This document shows, piece by piece, positions 52,294-62,648 of a stretch of DNA of 64,000 nucleotides (positions are counted from its first letter, which is position 1; the number at the start of each line of letters is the position of its first letter). Source of the DNA: Bdellovibrionales bacterium (GTDB lineage Bacteria; Bdellovibrionota; Bdellovibrionia; Bdellovibrionales; JAUICD01); the NCBI GenBank assembly GCA_965203275.1, contig OZ241865.1, positions 2,272,001-2,336,000 of the forward strand. Reading direction: 5' to 3'. Both the position numbers and the translations under genes were made by a program. The notes below the pieces were generated by a model. It was not told the DNA's origin, made no database searches, and worked only from the letters and a program-made list of their open reading frames with translations.

Positions 52294-53601
52294 ATGAATA
52301 TGAAATGGATGAATATGAAATGGATGAATATGAACACTATAGACAAAAAAACCATTCGCATTGAAGGTGATATCCCTGTACAATTACCTATTCACAATGG
52401 CAGTCGCTTTTTATTTATCAGTTATGATCAGAGTGCTTTAACACACGGTATTCATAAATATCCAGCAAAGTTTTTTCCTGAACTGCCTCGCTGGTTTATT
52501 CAAAGATATTCTCAACCTGGTGATATCATTCTTGATCCTTTCATGGGAAGTGGTACCACTAATTTGGAAGCTTCATTACTTGGACGTCACAGTGTAGGTG
52601 TAGATGTGGATCCGTTCTCTCGATTTATTGCAACAGTTAAGACAACCCCATTGCCAACACAGAGGCTTATAAAGGTTTATAATGAACTTAAAGCAAAAGT
52701 GAGCCTTTATGTTGAACCAAAGCATCTAAAAAATGTTCCTGATTTTCCTTATAGGGATAAATGGTTTAAGCCTTACATTCTCAAGGAATTAGCGTACATC
52801 AAGACATCTATTGAACGATTACAGACAGTTCAATCTATTAAAAATTTTTTTCTTGTTTGTTTTTCTTCTATCATTCGGCAAGTTTCTGAAGCAGACAATA
52901 ATTGTACAAGAACAGTTATAAGGAAGAAACTCAACAAGCAGGTTTTGCCATGTTATGCAATAAATTTGTTTTTGAAAAAGATAGAAGTACATGTAAAAAA
53001 TATGATTCTTTTTGCAAAAAAGAAACCAAAGGGAAGAGTCACCATTCCTCAAAATGTGGATGCAAGAGATATGTCTGTTTTTCAGGATGAAATTTTTAAT
53101 CTTGCTATCACCTCTCCTCCTTATTTGAATGCAGTAGATTATCCTCGTACACATCAGCTAGAGATATATTGGTTAGGCTTTGCTAGTGGTTCACTTAAGT
53201 CACTTAAAAGTCACCATGTAGGATCAGAGATTGTATCATCAAAAGAATACTCTCAGTTTCATAAAACAAATTGTCAGCTTGCCAATGATGTTATTGATAA
53301 AATTTATAAAATTGATCCACGCCGTGCTTATATTGCAACAAAATACATACAAGACATGATCATTAACTTACGTGAAGTTTATCGTGTGTTAAAATGTGGA
53401 TCTCCATACATCATTGTGGTTGGTAATAATTTGATTCGTGGTTTTCCATTTGAAACATGGCGTTATCTTCAAGAGGAAGCACTTAAAATAGGCTATAAAG
53501 TAGAGTCTTATTTTGTATCAGAAATCATCAATCACTTTATCAAAGTTCCACGTAAAGAACGCATTAACAATGATTATATTCTTATCTTAAGGAAGCCATA
53601 A
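52294..53601 (+). CDS. Amino-MTase (probably N4-C), alpha order
   Basis: HKYPAKF, DPFMGSGTT precedes TSPPY; start uncertain because of the tandem MNMKW repeat. Confidence 0.9.
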   Translation: MNMKWMNMKWMNMNTIDKKTIRIEGDIPVQLPIHNGSRFLFISYDQSALTHGIHKYPAKFFPELPRWFIQRYSQPGDIILDPFMGSGTTNLEASLLGRHSVGVDVDPFSRFIATVKTTPLPTQRLIKVYNELKAKVSLYVEPKHLKNVPDFPYRDKWFKPYILKELAYIKTSIERLQTVQSIKNFFLVCFSSIIRQVSEADNNCTRTVIRKKLNKQVLPCYAINLFLKKIEVHVKNMILFAKKKPKGRVTIPQNVDARDMSVFQDEIFNLAITSPPYLNAVDYPRTHQLEIYWLGFASGSLKSLKSHHVGSEIVSSKEYSQFHKTNCQLANDVIDKIYKIDPRRAYIATKYIQDMIINLREVYRVLKCGSPYIIVVGNNLIRGFPFETWRYLQEEALKIGYKVESYFVSEIINHFIKVPRKERINNDYILILRKP

Positions 53602-54459
53602 TGGATCATAAAAACTATTTTTGAGGTCGTCATTTGTTATTAATCTGCCTCCTGTTTGCTTAGCTAAAATATCCTTTTGTACTAATGTCTTTATATCAGA
53701 TAGCATCCTAGACTGACAGACAATCAAGAGCGTATCCATGCCCATAGCTCCACAACCTTTCACCACTGTTTTAGGAAAGTATTTTTTAATATGTTGTTTT
53801 AGTTTTTGTGTATTTTGACAACAAAATCTCTTTTCCTCTAAACATTGAGCAAATTCTTCTAAAGCCTTTAAAAATTCTGGTATGTTTTTTTGTAAGAGGG
53901 CCTTAATGGCTTTTTGGCTTTTTTGAGCAAGCAACTGACAAGCTTGTAAGTTAATATTTTCTTTAAGATGTTGATGTGTCAATATTTTATGACCTGTTGT
54001 GCAGATCACAAAACTTAAACCTTTAAAAAATTCTTTAAAAGGAAGAATCTTGAAAGTATTTTTTGGTATATCAATATAACACATTCCACCTAAGCATTGA
54101 GAGAGGACATCAACTCCACTAGGAGCAATGCCACCTTGACCCATATCTTTTTGATATTGGTTTTTAATTTTAGAAGCTAATTTTGCAGAGAGGTTATGAT
54201 GAAAGAGACATGTTTTTTCATATTCGCTAAGGTGATTGCCAGAAAGATATTGACAGAGCCATTTGGCACTTGAAGCTCCAAAGCCTCCTACTTTAGAGGC
54301 TTTTTGGGTTTTGTCGTTTTGATTTTGTTGGTATGGGTCTAAAAAGTGTCCATCTTGAAATTGAAAGTAGGGGAGGGTATTAAGGAGCAAAGCACCTCCT
54401 TCTTGTAGGACACCATATTCTCCTATGAGAAATGTTTTACTTGGAATTAAAAAAGGCAT
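53587..54459 (-). CDS. GHMP kinase (mevalonate/phosphomevalonate kinase-like)
   Basis: PSKTFLIGEY, GGFGASSA, PSGVD, KGCGAMG. Confidence 0.75.
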   Translation of the reverse strand: MPFLIPSKTFLIGEYGVLQEGGALLLNTLPYFQFQDGHFLDPYQQNQNDKTQKASKVGGFGASSAKWLCQYLSGNHLSEYEKTCLFHHNLSAKLASKIKNQYQKDMGQGGIAPSGVDVLSQCLGGMCYIDIPKNTFKILPFKEFFKGLSFVICTTGHKILTHQHLKENINLQACQLLAQKSQKAIKALLQKNIPEFLKALEEFAQCLEEKRFCCQNTQKLKQHIKKYFPKTVVKGCGAMGMDTLLIVCQSRMLSDIKTLVQKDILAKQTGGRLITNDDLKNSFYDPLWLP

Positions 54460-54573
54460 TTTCTTCCTTCTTAAGGCTTGATTTTTTTATTTATAGCTGT
54501 ATAGTGTTTAACTGTAAAGTAAGGTCACTTACAAATAATATTTTTATAGAACAACAAAACAAATTGATGAAAA

Positions 54574-54810
54574 ATGGCAGATAAAGATGAAAAATTTGAA
54601 GATAATGTACCGGGGAAGTACTATGTGGACACATCTTGTATTGCCTGCGACGCTTGCTCTGTGGCAGCCCCAGATAACTTTAAACTAAGTGAGGAGTTAG
54701 AACATGCCTTTGTTGCAAAACAACCCTCCTCACCGCAAGAAGAAGAAGAATGTCAAGAGGCCCTTGAAAGTTGCCCTGTCGAAGCCATTGGCAGTGATGG
54801 GGACAAATAA
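54574..54810 (+). CDS. Ferredoxin
   Basis: CIACDAC...ALESCPVEAI. Confidence 0.92.
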   Translation: MADKDEKFEDNVPGKYYVDTSCIACDACSVAAPDNFKLSEELEHAFVAKQPSSPQEEEECQEALESCPVEAIGSDGDK

Positions 54811-55438
54811 AGCCAGTAGAAATCAACAAATTATTTTAAAGCTACTCAAAGAACATTATCAATCTTCTCGATGTGCTTTATCTTATAAAACGCCTTACCA
54901 ACTGCTTGTGGCAACTATTCTTTCAGCTCAATGTACAGATCAGAGAGTCAACCAAGTCACGCCTGCTCTTTTTAAGAAATATCCAGATGCTCAAAAAATG
55001 TCTCAAGCTCATCTGAAAGAGATAGAGACTCTCATTCGATCGACTGGTTTTTACAAAAACAAAGCTAAACATATTTTAGCTACCTCTCAGGAGGTGGTCA
55101 GGCAATATAAAGGGCAAGTTCCTTGTACAATGGAGGAGTTAAGTCGTTTACCAGGCGTAGGAAGGAAAACAGCTAATGTGGTTTTAGGTAATGCCTTTGG
55201 TATTCCTGGGATAGTGGTAGACACTCATGTCACAAGGCTCTCTAATCGACTGGGATTAGCTAGTGGGTTAAATGCTGTGAAGTTAGAAAAAGACTTAGAA
55301 AGAGTTGTGTGCCGAGAAGATTGGATTGACTTTTCACACTGGATGATTTGGCATGGTCGAAAGCTTTGCAAAGCTAGAAAACCTCTGTGTGGAGATTGCT
55401 TTCTACAACATGTATGTACTTTTTCTCACTTGAAATAA
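54797..55438 (+). CDS. nth: Endonuclease III
   Basis: ILSAQCTD, HhH LPGVGRKTANVV, VDTHV, 4Fe-4S motif CKARKPLCGDCFLQHVC. Confidence 0.96.
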   Translation: MGTNKASRNQQIILKLLKEHYQSSRCALSYKTPYQLLVATILSAQCTDQRVNQVTPALFKKYPDAQKMSQAHLKEIETLIRSTGFYKNKAKHILATSQEVVRQYKGQVPCTMEELSRLPGVGRKTANVVLGNAFGIPGIVVDTHVTRLSNRLGLASGLNAVKLEKDLERVVCREDWIDFSHWMIWHGRKLCKARKPLCGDCFLQHVCTFSHLK

Positions 55439-55445
55439 GACACGT

Positions 55446-55982
55446 TTATGTTATGTGTTTTTGATTTGAATTTCTTTCATAGATGAGAAAGGTGAAAGAT
55501 GGGGTGATCTCCGGCGAATGAGTAGAAGGGCAAGCTGAAATAAGCTCAAAAGCTTTTTTATCAAAGTCAGGGAAAAAGGTATCTCCTTCATATACTTCAT
55601 CAATTAAAGTTAAATAAATACGATCTGCTATGTCCATTGTTTGCTCATAAATCTGACTTCCACCACAAATAAAAATTTCCTCTGGCCAAAGTTTCTGATC
55701 AATTTGTTTTTGACACAGTGCAATAGCGTCCTGAATAGAAGGTACAACGCAAACTTCTGCATAAGGGAATTTTAAATCTTTTTGCTGTGTGACTACCACA
55801 TTGAGGCGATCTTTTAAAGGTTTATTGGATATGGAGTTAAAAGTTTTTCGCCCCATCACAATGCAGTGTCCTTTTGTTTTTTCTTGGAAATAATGCATAT
55901 CTTCAGGGATATTCCAAGGGAGGTGATTTCCCTTACCAATCACCTTATTTTCAGACATAGCAACAATTTGAGAAATAATCAT
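55446..55982 (-). CDS. folA: Dihydrofolate reductase
   Basis: [28 protein letters not shown]. Confidence 0.96.
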   Translation of the reverse strand: MIISQIVAMSENKVIGKGNHLPWNIPEDMHYFQEKTKGHCIVMGRKTFNSISNKPLKDRLNVVVTQQKDLKFPYAEVCVVPSIQDAIALCQKQIDQKLWPEEIFICGGSQIYEQTMDIADRIYLTLIDEVYEGDTFFPDFDKKAFELISACPSTHSPEITPSFTFLIYERNSNQKHIT

Positions 55983-56776
55983 ACAGACACCTCCGCTTTA
56001 ATTTTAGGGTAAGGATGATAATTGATCAACTGAAAATCCTCATACTTAAATGCATCAATGTTTTTAATATGACGATTAAGAATTAAAGTAGGTAAGGGAC
56101 GTGGTTGCCTAGAAAGTTGTAATTTAACCTGTGGTAAATGGTTAGAGTAAATATGGGCATCTCCTAGAGTATGTACAAACTCTCCTGGTGTTAAGTCACA
56201 TACTTGAGCAATCATCATAGTTAGCAAACTATAGCTGGCAATGTTAAAAGGCACACCTAAGAACAAATCGGCACTTCTTTGATAGAGTTGACAAGACAAT
56301 TGACCGAGGTCATCCACATAAAATTGAAAAAGCGTATGGCAAGGGGGCAAAGCCATTTGATCTAAATCTGATACATTCCATGCACTGACAATCAATCTTC
56401 TAGAAGTGGGGTCTTTTTTAATTTGGCTGATCACTTGAGCAACTTGATCCACACTTTTTTGAGAGGAAACCTTCCAAGATCGCCATTGTTGTCCATAAAT
56501 AGGACCTAGATACCCTTTTGAATCAGCCCATTCATTCCAAATACTCACTTTATTTTCTTGTAAATATTTGACATTGGTATCCCCTTTTAAAAACCAAAGT
56601 AACTCATAAATAATAGAACGTAAATGAACTTTTTTGGTGGTTAAGAGCGGGAATCCTTTTTGAAGGTTATATCTAGCTTGTAGACCAAATTTGCTTAAAG
56701 TCCCTGTACCAGTGCGGTCTTTACGCTCCTGGCCTGTCTCAATAACATCTTTTAAAATATCTAAATAAGATTTCAT
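55979..56776 (-). CDS. thyA: Thymidylate synthase
   Basis: [32 protein letters not shown]. Confidence 0.98.
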   Translation of the reverse strand: MKSYLDILKDVIETGQERKDRTGTGTLSKFGLQARYNLQKGFPLLTTKKVHLRSIIYELLWFLKGDTNVKYLQENKVSIWNEWADSKGYLGPIYGQQWRSWKVSSQKSVDQVAQVISQIKKDPTSRRLIVSAWNVSDLDQMALPPCHTLFQFYVDDLGQLSCQLYQRSADLFLGVPFNIASYSLLTMMIAQVCDLTPGEFVHTLGDAHIYSNHLPQVKLQLSRQPRPLPTLILNRHIKNIDAFKYEDFQLINYHPYPKIKAEVSV

Positions 56777-57164
56777 TTTAAATCTACTATTATGTATTTT
56801 GTTTATTTTATTTAATGATTAAATTTTTTGATTTTTTTTTAAAACCATCACATTATTTTAAAAAGTTTATATTATATATAATGGGGTCTAGTCATTGGCA
56901 AAAAATTCTTAATAATTTAAATAAAAATATACTTAATTTTGACTTTGACAGTTTATATAGATTAAACTATACCTCTACAAATTAAGATAATCATATTTTT
57001 TTATTCTGGCTTTGACTTTGATACTCTCAATAGGGTATATTTTTTAGCTTTGTAATAAATGAATAATTATAATATATTAATAGAAGGAAAGTGTTTATTT
57101 GGGATCCGGGATCCGGGATCCGGCAACAGAAGGGAAGGCATTTTGTTTCTTTAACATGGAAATG

Positions 57165-57274
57165 TATGAGTGGAATGCGGGGGCAGGCTTCCGAAGTCCT
57201 CAACCTTCGCTTGCTCTTGAGGGAGCAAGCGGGTTTGCGGAAGATCTTCAGCCTACCCCCGCCTCCCACTCATA
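57165..57274. other. 110-nt GC-rich rod-like hairpin (candidate ncRNA or repeat element)
   Basis: TATGAGTGG/CCACTCATA, GCGGGGGCAGGCT/AGCCTACCCCCGC, CGCTTGCTC/GAGCAAGCG. Confidence 0.6.
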
Positions 57275-57312
57275 ATATTTATGTTTTTTAAGAATTATAA
57301 TTATAAAGATGT

Positions 57313-57471
57313 CTTGTTTCCTTAACTTAATCAGTTCACATGGTGTTAAGGAACGAAAGGATCCTCCTTACTCAAAGTGAACAGGCTTTCTAGGTTGCCA
57401 GCATTTGAGAAGGCGGTAGCCTTCGGCTGGCAACCAGAAAGTGGCCAGAGGCCAGTTCACTTTGAGTGAAA
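57313..57471 (-). repeat. Family A unit (B module plus full hairpin)
   Basis: ACTCAAAGTGAAC...GTTCACTTTGAGTGAAA. Confidence 0.9.
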
Positions 57472-57741
57472 AAGACAATGAAAGTTTCAAAGAAAAGATT
57501 GAGAATGATATATACAACAAAGAGTGAACATATATGATGTTATGCAGTGAGTTTCTGACCGATTGCCTCAAAATTGACCTTCCGGTTCTCTGAAAGGGGC
57601 TTGATCTGGTGGATCTACGAAGTGAGATAATGATAGATTCAAGGAAGGGAAATTTTGAGGGGGACAGTTCACGTATTTCTAAAAGAGGTACGTACGGGTA
57701 GACGAAGATCAACGAAATTAGACAATGAAAGGTACATACGT

Positions 57742-58059
57742 ATGCAAAATCAAAAAATCCATATTTGTTTAAAGGCATTTGATCACAGGTTGTTAGATCA
57801 ATCTACAAAGGAGATCATTGAAACTGTGCGTAGGACAGGTGCGAAGATATCTGGACCTATTCCTTTACCGACTCGGATTAATCGCTATACTGTTTTAACA
57901 TCTCCTCATGTTGATAAAAAATCAAGAGAACAATTTGAGATACGCACACATAAGAGGATTTTAGACATCCTTGACTCCACAAAACAAACAGTTGATCAGC
58001 TCAGTAAATTAGACCTTTCTGCAGGAGTTAATGTTGAAATTAAGCTATCAGCAAATTAA
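57742..58059 (+). CDS. rpsJ: 30S protein S10
   Basis: [30 protein letters not shown]; start at MQNQK. Confidence 0.97.
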   Translation: MQNQKIHICLKAFDHRLLDQSTKEIIETVRRTGAKISGPIPLPTRINRYTVLTSPHVDKKSREQFEIRTHKRILDILDSTKQTVDQLSKLDLSAGVNVEIKLSAN

Positions 58060-58159
58060 TTATTTATTTTAAATAAAATATGATACTTATAAAGAGGTAC
58101 ATAGAAGATACATACAGGGCAAGACAGTTAAATAACAATTAAACAACACAAGGTCTCTA

Positions 58160-59278
58160 ATGACTACAAACAAACCTATTGAAAAAAATACAGAAAGCAA
58201 CCTTCTAGTAGAAGATATTCCTAAAGGAGCTTCGTCTTCAGAAGATACGTCTATTCAAAAAGAAACTTCTATTCAAAAAGAATCTTCTACTCAAACAGAA
58301 ACTTCTTTACCTCAAAAACAATCCTCACAAAATGACATAAAACAAGACAAAAAAGAAAGCATATCAAAAGTCAAAGAAGATACAAAACCACCAAAAGTAC
58401 AAGTTCAAGAAAAAGATACAAACAAGCAAGAAGAAAAACCACAAGAAGTCAGCACTCAGAAAAAAGAAGATTCATCACAGGATGCTCCTAAAGAGCAAAA
58501 AGAATTACAAATAACAGATCAAAACCCAAACAAAACCCCAAAACAAAAACAAGAGGCTTTACCTCGTGAAGAAATAACAGTTCAAAAAGAACCTGATCTT
58601 CCTCATTTGCGTCTTAATGGTCTTTATGCGACAAAGTTGGGTATGTCTTCTATTTATAACGAACAAGGACAGGTTGTACCTGTTACAGTTTTGAGATTTG
58701 ACATTTGGAAGGTGACACAAATTAAAACAAAAGAAAAGGACGGATATACAGCTATTCAAATAGGTTCCATGCCTAAGTCTCAAAGAAAATCTAACAAAGC
58801 TCAAATAGGACATCTTAAAAAGTCAAGTTTTTCTAGTTCGGTGACTTTTCTGCGTGAAATTCGAGGTGATCTTCCCAAACAGCCAGATCATGTTGATGTA
58901 GCAGAAGATTCTCATGGCCAATTAGGTCAGACCATATCTATTGAAAGTCTTGCTAAAGGAGATCGAGTCCATCTTTCTTCTACTTCAAAAGGACGGGGCT
59001 TTACAGGAACAATGAAAAGATGGGGTTATGGTGGAGGGCCTTCTTCGCATGGTTCTCAATTTCACAGACAACCAGGTTCTGTGGGCATGTGTGAAGAACC
59101 TGCCAGGGTGATACCTGGTAAAGGGATGCCGGGTCGTCATGGAGGGAAGAGAGTAACTCTCAAACATGTTGAAGTTGTAGATATCCTACCAGATAAAGCT
59201 CTTATTTTAGTTAAGGGAGGTGTTCCTGGAGCTACAAACACTCTTGTACAGCTTATGAAGGAGGGGGTGTCGCAATGA
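58160..59278 (+). CDS. rplC: 50S protein L3 with ~148-aa N-terminal extension
   Basis: Core from GLYATKLGMS; SKGRGFTGTMKRWG, GGVPGA. Confidence 0.95.
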   Translation: MTTNKPIEKNTESNLLVEDIPKGASSSEDTSIQKETSIQKESSTQTETSLPQKQSSQNDIKQDKKESISKVKEDTKPPKVQVQEKDTNKQEEKPQEVSTQKKEDSSQDAPKEQKELQITDQNPNKTPKQKQEALPREEITVQKEPDLPHLRLNGLYATKLGMSSIYNEQGQVVPVTVLRFDIWKVTQIKTKEKDGYTAIQIGSMPKSQRKSNKAQIGHLKKSSFSSSVTFLREIRGDLPKQPDHVDVAEDSHGQLGQTISIESLAKGDRVHLSSTSKGRGFTGTMKRWGYGGGPSSHGSQFHRQPGSVGMCEEPARVIPGKGMPGRHGGKRVTLKHVEVVDILPDKALILVKGGVPGATNTLVQLMKEGVSQ

Positions 59279-59994
59279 CTCAAATCAATGTATTAGATTG
59301 GAATAAACAATCAATTAAAAGCATAGAACTTCCGGATAGCATTTTTGCACAGCCTGTTGCAAAGCATCTTTTACATGATGTGGTCAAATGGCAGTTAGCT
59401 AAGAAACGTAAAGGGAATCATCAAACAAAAACACGTGCTTTGGTCTCGGGAGGAGGTAAAAAACCTTTTAAACAAAAAGGTTCTGGCAGAGCTCGTCAAG
59501 GTTCTATTCGTTCTCCTTTAATGAGGGGAGGGGGTGTGATCTTTGGACCTTCTAAAAGGGATTATGATTATACTCTCCCTAGAAAAATCAAAAGGGCAGC
59601 CTTAAGGTCGGCTCTTTCTTATTTAGTGAAAGAAAAACGCTTTCATGTTGTGTCGGAGATGACCTCACAAGAAGGTAAAACAAAAGCTCTTTTCAAACAA
59701 CTGCAAAATTTTGGTATTTTGAAAACTGTCTTAATAGATCATCAAGAAAATATACAGTTTAAAAGAGCAGCTAGAAATATACCTAATATCTGTTATTACT
59801 CCACCCAAGGTCTTAATGTATATGACCTTCTCAAATATAATTCAGCTATTGTGACAGAAGGTAGCATTCAAAATATCATTACTAGATGTCAAATACCTCC
59901 TCCTGTTAAAAAGAAGACAAAACCAAAAGCACAACCTAGAGACACAAAGTCTCATAATCAAAACAACCCTCCCCATCAACAAAAGGATCATTAA
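59275..59994 (+). CDS. rplD: 50S protein L4
   Basis: VSGGGKKPFKQKGSGRARQGS; ~30-aa P/K/Q/N tail. Confidence 0.96.
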   Translation: MTQINVLDWNKQSIKSIELPDSIFAQPVAKHLLHDVVKWQLAKKRKGNHQTKTRALVSGGGKKPFKQKGSGRARQGSIRSPLMRGGGVIFGPSKRDYDYTLPRKIKRAALRSALSYLVKEKRFHVVSEMTSQEGKTKALFKQLQNFGILKTVLIDHQENIQFKRAARNIPNICYYSTQGLNVYDLLKYNSAIVTEGSIQNIITRCQIPPPVKKKTKPKAQPRDTKSHNQNNPPHQQKDH

Positions 59995-59996
59995 TC

Positions 59997-60296
59997 ATGT
60001 ATCACATTATCAAAGCACCTTTAAGGACAGAAAAGAACACAGCTCTTCAAAACAACAATAATACTTATGTTTTTGAGGTGGACAGAAGGGCCAATAAAAA
60101 GCAAATTGCTAAGGCTGTTGAACAGCTTTTTGATGTCAAAGTGATGACTGTCAGGACTTTGATCAACAGATATCGGCAATACAAAAACCGGCAGTTTGGT
60201 CAGAAGATGAAAAATCAATCCAGAGTGCATTATTGGAAAAAGGCTTTTGTTCAATTATATCCAGGAAATAAAATCCGTCTTTTTGAGGGGGCTTAA
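59997..60296 (+). CDS. rplW: 50S protein L23
   Basis: PLRTEK, YVFEV, WKKAFV. Confidence 0.94.
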   Translation: MYHIIKAPLRTEKNTALQNNNNTYVFEVDRRANKKQIAKAVEQLFDVKVMTVRTLINRYRQYKNRQFGQKMKNQSRVHYWKKAFVQLYPGNKIRLFEGA

Positions 60297-60298
60297 TT

Positions 60299-61135
60299 AT
60301 GAGCCTTAGAAACTACAAACCTTTTACATCTTCTCGACGTACAATGACCAAATCAGACTTTTCCTCAATCACAAAAGCCCATCCAGAAAAATCATTATTG
60401 ACTAAAAAAACTCAAAAAGCAGGCCGTAACAACACAGGTCGTATGACAGTGCGTTTCCGTGGAGGGGGTCATAAGAAACGCTATCGGGTGATAGATTTTA
60501 AACGCACAAAAATTGATATTCCAGCTGTTGTAGCTGCTATTGAATATGATCCTAACAGATCAGCTTTCATAGCCCTTCTGCATTATATTGATGGAGAAAA
60601 ATCTTATATTATTGCTCCATTAAACCTAAAGGTAGGTGATCAAGTTATTGCTTCTGAATCAGCAGATATCAAGCCTGGCAATAATATGACATTAGCTCAA
60701 GTGCCATTAGGTACATTGATTCACAATGTGGAAATAAAATCACACAAAGGGGGACAATTAGCTCTTTCAGCAGGTTCTTCGGCCACTCTTGTTGCTAAGG
60801 AGGGAAAATATGTTTTAGTGAAGTTACCTTCAGGAGAGGTGAGGAAAATTCTCACTGTATGTCGTGCTTCCATTGGTCAAGTAGGTAATCCAGAAAATGA
60901 AAATACCAAAATAGGTAAAGCAGGTCGGACAAGGTGGATGGGATGGAGACCGCATGTAAGAGGGATGTGTCAAAACCCTATTGATCATCCTATGGGAGGC
61001 GGTGAAGGTAAGGGTAAGGGTAATCACCCTCAGACTCCATGGGGTAAACCTTGTAAAGGACATAAAACACGTCATAACAAAAGGAACGATGATTTGATTG
61101 TGACCCGTAGAAAACCTAGAAAGAAAAAGAAATAA
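60299..61135 (+). CDS. rplB: 50S protein L2
   Basis: [24 protein letters not shown]. Confidence 0.98.
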   Translation: MSLRNYKPFTSSRRTMTKSDFSSITKAHPEKSLLTKKTQKAGRNNTGRMTVRFRGGGHKKRYRVIDFKRTKIDIPAVVAAIEYDPNRSAFIALLHYIDGEKSYIIAPLNLKVGDQVIASESADIKPGNNMTLAQVPLGTLIHNVEIKSHKGGQLALSAGSSATLVAKEGKYVLVKLPSGEVRKILTVCRASIGQVGNPENENTKIGKAGRTRWMGWRPHVRGMCQNPIDHPMGGGEGKGKGNHPQTPWGKPCKGHKTRHNKRNDDLIVTRRKPRKKKK

Positions 61136-61316
61136 TAAGAAAAAGAAATAAGGTGTTTTTCATTTGTGGTCAAATAGTTAGCAAAGACTTTGATTGTTAA
61201 ATTAAAAGAGCATAAGGAGACTGAGTGGGTTTTGTTGCTTATACAAAAACTTTTCAAATATTGGTGGTTTAATTTTTAAAAATAACAAATAATAATAAAT
61301 AAAAAAGGAGAACAAA

Positions 61317-61601
61317 ATGGGACGTTCCATTAAAAAGGGACCTTTTATAGACGATCATTTGTTAAAAAAGATACATAAAGCAAAATCTCAAGCAGATCGT
61401 AAAGTCATTAAAACATGGTCGAGGCGGTCTACAATTATTCCGGATGCTGTGGGGTTGACCTTTGCTATTCACAATGGTAAAAAGTTTGTTCCTGTCTATG
61501 TGACAGAAAATATGATTGGGCATAAGTTTGGTGAATTTGCCCCTACAAGAATTTTTACTGGTCACTCCGGAGATAAAAAAATGAATGTGACAAGAAAATA
61601 G
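61317..61601 (+). CDS. rpsS: 30S protein S19
   Basis: [27 protein letters not shown]. Confidence 0.98.
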   Translation: MGRSIKKGPFIDDHLLKKIHKAKSQADRKVIKTWSRRSTIIPDAVGLTFAIHNGKKFVPVYVTENMIGHKFGEFAPTRIFTGHSGDKKMNVTRK

Positions 61602-61608
61602 GTGGTTT

Positions 61609-61941
61609 ATGGAATTAAAATCTTCTTTAAAATTTGTCAGGGTTGGAACACAAAAAGCCAGAGTTGTTGCTAACCTTGTAAGAGGACAGAATGTCAATAA
61701 TGCTTTGACACGACTGGCTTTTTTGAACCGCAAATCATCTCATATTATAAAAAAGCTTATTTTATCTACAGTGGAAAGGGCAAAACAAAGAGGTCATATT
61801 GATATAGATACACTTTTTATTTCAAAGATCACAGTGGATGAGGGTCCTCATTATAAGAGACATCTACCACGGGCTCAAGGACGGGCCTCTTTGATTAAAA
61901 AAAAATCAAGCCATATTTACATTGTATTAGATGAAAAATAA
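61609..61941 (+). CDS. rplV: 50S protein L22
   Basis: [23 protein letters not shown]. Confidence 0.96.
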   Translation: MELKSSLKFVRVGTQKARVVANLVRGQNVNNALTRLAFLNRKSSHIIKKLILSTVERAKQRGHIDIDTLFISKITVDEGPHYKRHLPRAQGRASLIKKKSSHIYIVLDEK

Positions 61942-61979
61942 TAAAAAAGATAAAAACAAACGCAAAAGGATCAAATAAA

Positions 61980-62648
61980 ATGGGACAAAAAGTTAATCCA
62001 ATTGGACTGAGATTAGGTGTTAATCGAACGTGGGATTCTCGTTGGTATACTAAAGGTCCTGGCTTTTCTAAAAACTTACATGAAGATTTTAAACTGCGAG
62101 CTTATGTGAAAAAGCAACTAAAGCATGCAGGTGTTTCTCGTGTAGAAATTGAACGGATAGCCAGTAAAATCAAAATTATTGTTTTTTCTGCTAGGCCGGG
62201 TGTAGTTATTGGAAAAAAGGGGACAGGCATTGATGCTCTCAAAGCTGACATACAACGTCTGACAAAAGATGAAGTTTTTATTAATATTCAAGAAATTAGA
62301 AAAGCTGATATAGATGCTTACTTAGTGGCTAAGAATATTGCCATTCAATTAGAAAAACGAGTTTCTTGGCGAAGAGCTTTAAAGAAAGCTTTAAAAGCAG
62401 CCATTTTAGGAGGTGTTAAGGGTATCAAGGTGCAAGTTTCAGGACGACTTGATGGAGCAGAAATTGCTAGAACAGAGTGGTATACTGAAAAAAGTGTGCC
62501 GCTACATACACTTAGAGCAGATATTGACTATCAAACAGCAGAAGCTTTAACTTCTTATGGGATCATTGGTGTGAAAGTATGGATTTATAAAGGAGATATT
62601 GTTTCTGCGAAATTGCCTCAAGCGTATAAGGAGACCATTGATGCTTAG
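61980..62648 (+). CDS. rpsC: 30S protein S3
   Basis: [35 protein letters not shown]. Confidence 0.98.
   Translation: MGQKVNPIGLRLGVNRTWDSRWYTKGPGFSKNLHEDFKLRAYVKKQLKHAGVSRVEIERIASKIKIIVFSARPGVVIGKKGTGIDALKADIQRLTKDEVFINIQEIRKADIDAYLVAKNIAIQLEKRVSWRRALKKALKAAILGGVKGIKVQVSGRLDGAEIARTEWYTEKSVPLHTLRADIDYQTAEALTSYGIIGVKVWIYKGDIVSAKLPQAYKETIDA

Noticed and set aside
57369..57471. Family A hairpin as a hammerhead ribozyme or group II intron domain V
   Set aside because: No CUGANGA core or domain V catalytic triad found on either strand.
57655..57741. N-terminal extension of S10
   Set aside because: The conserved protein starts at ATG 57742; the upstream TTG frame is probably leader sequence.
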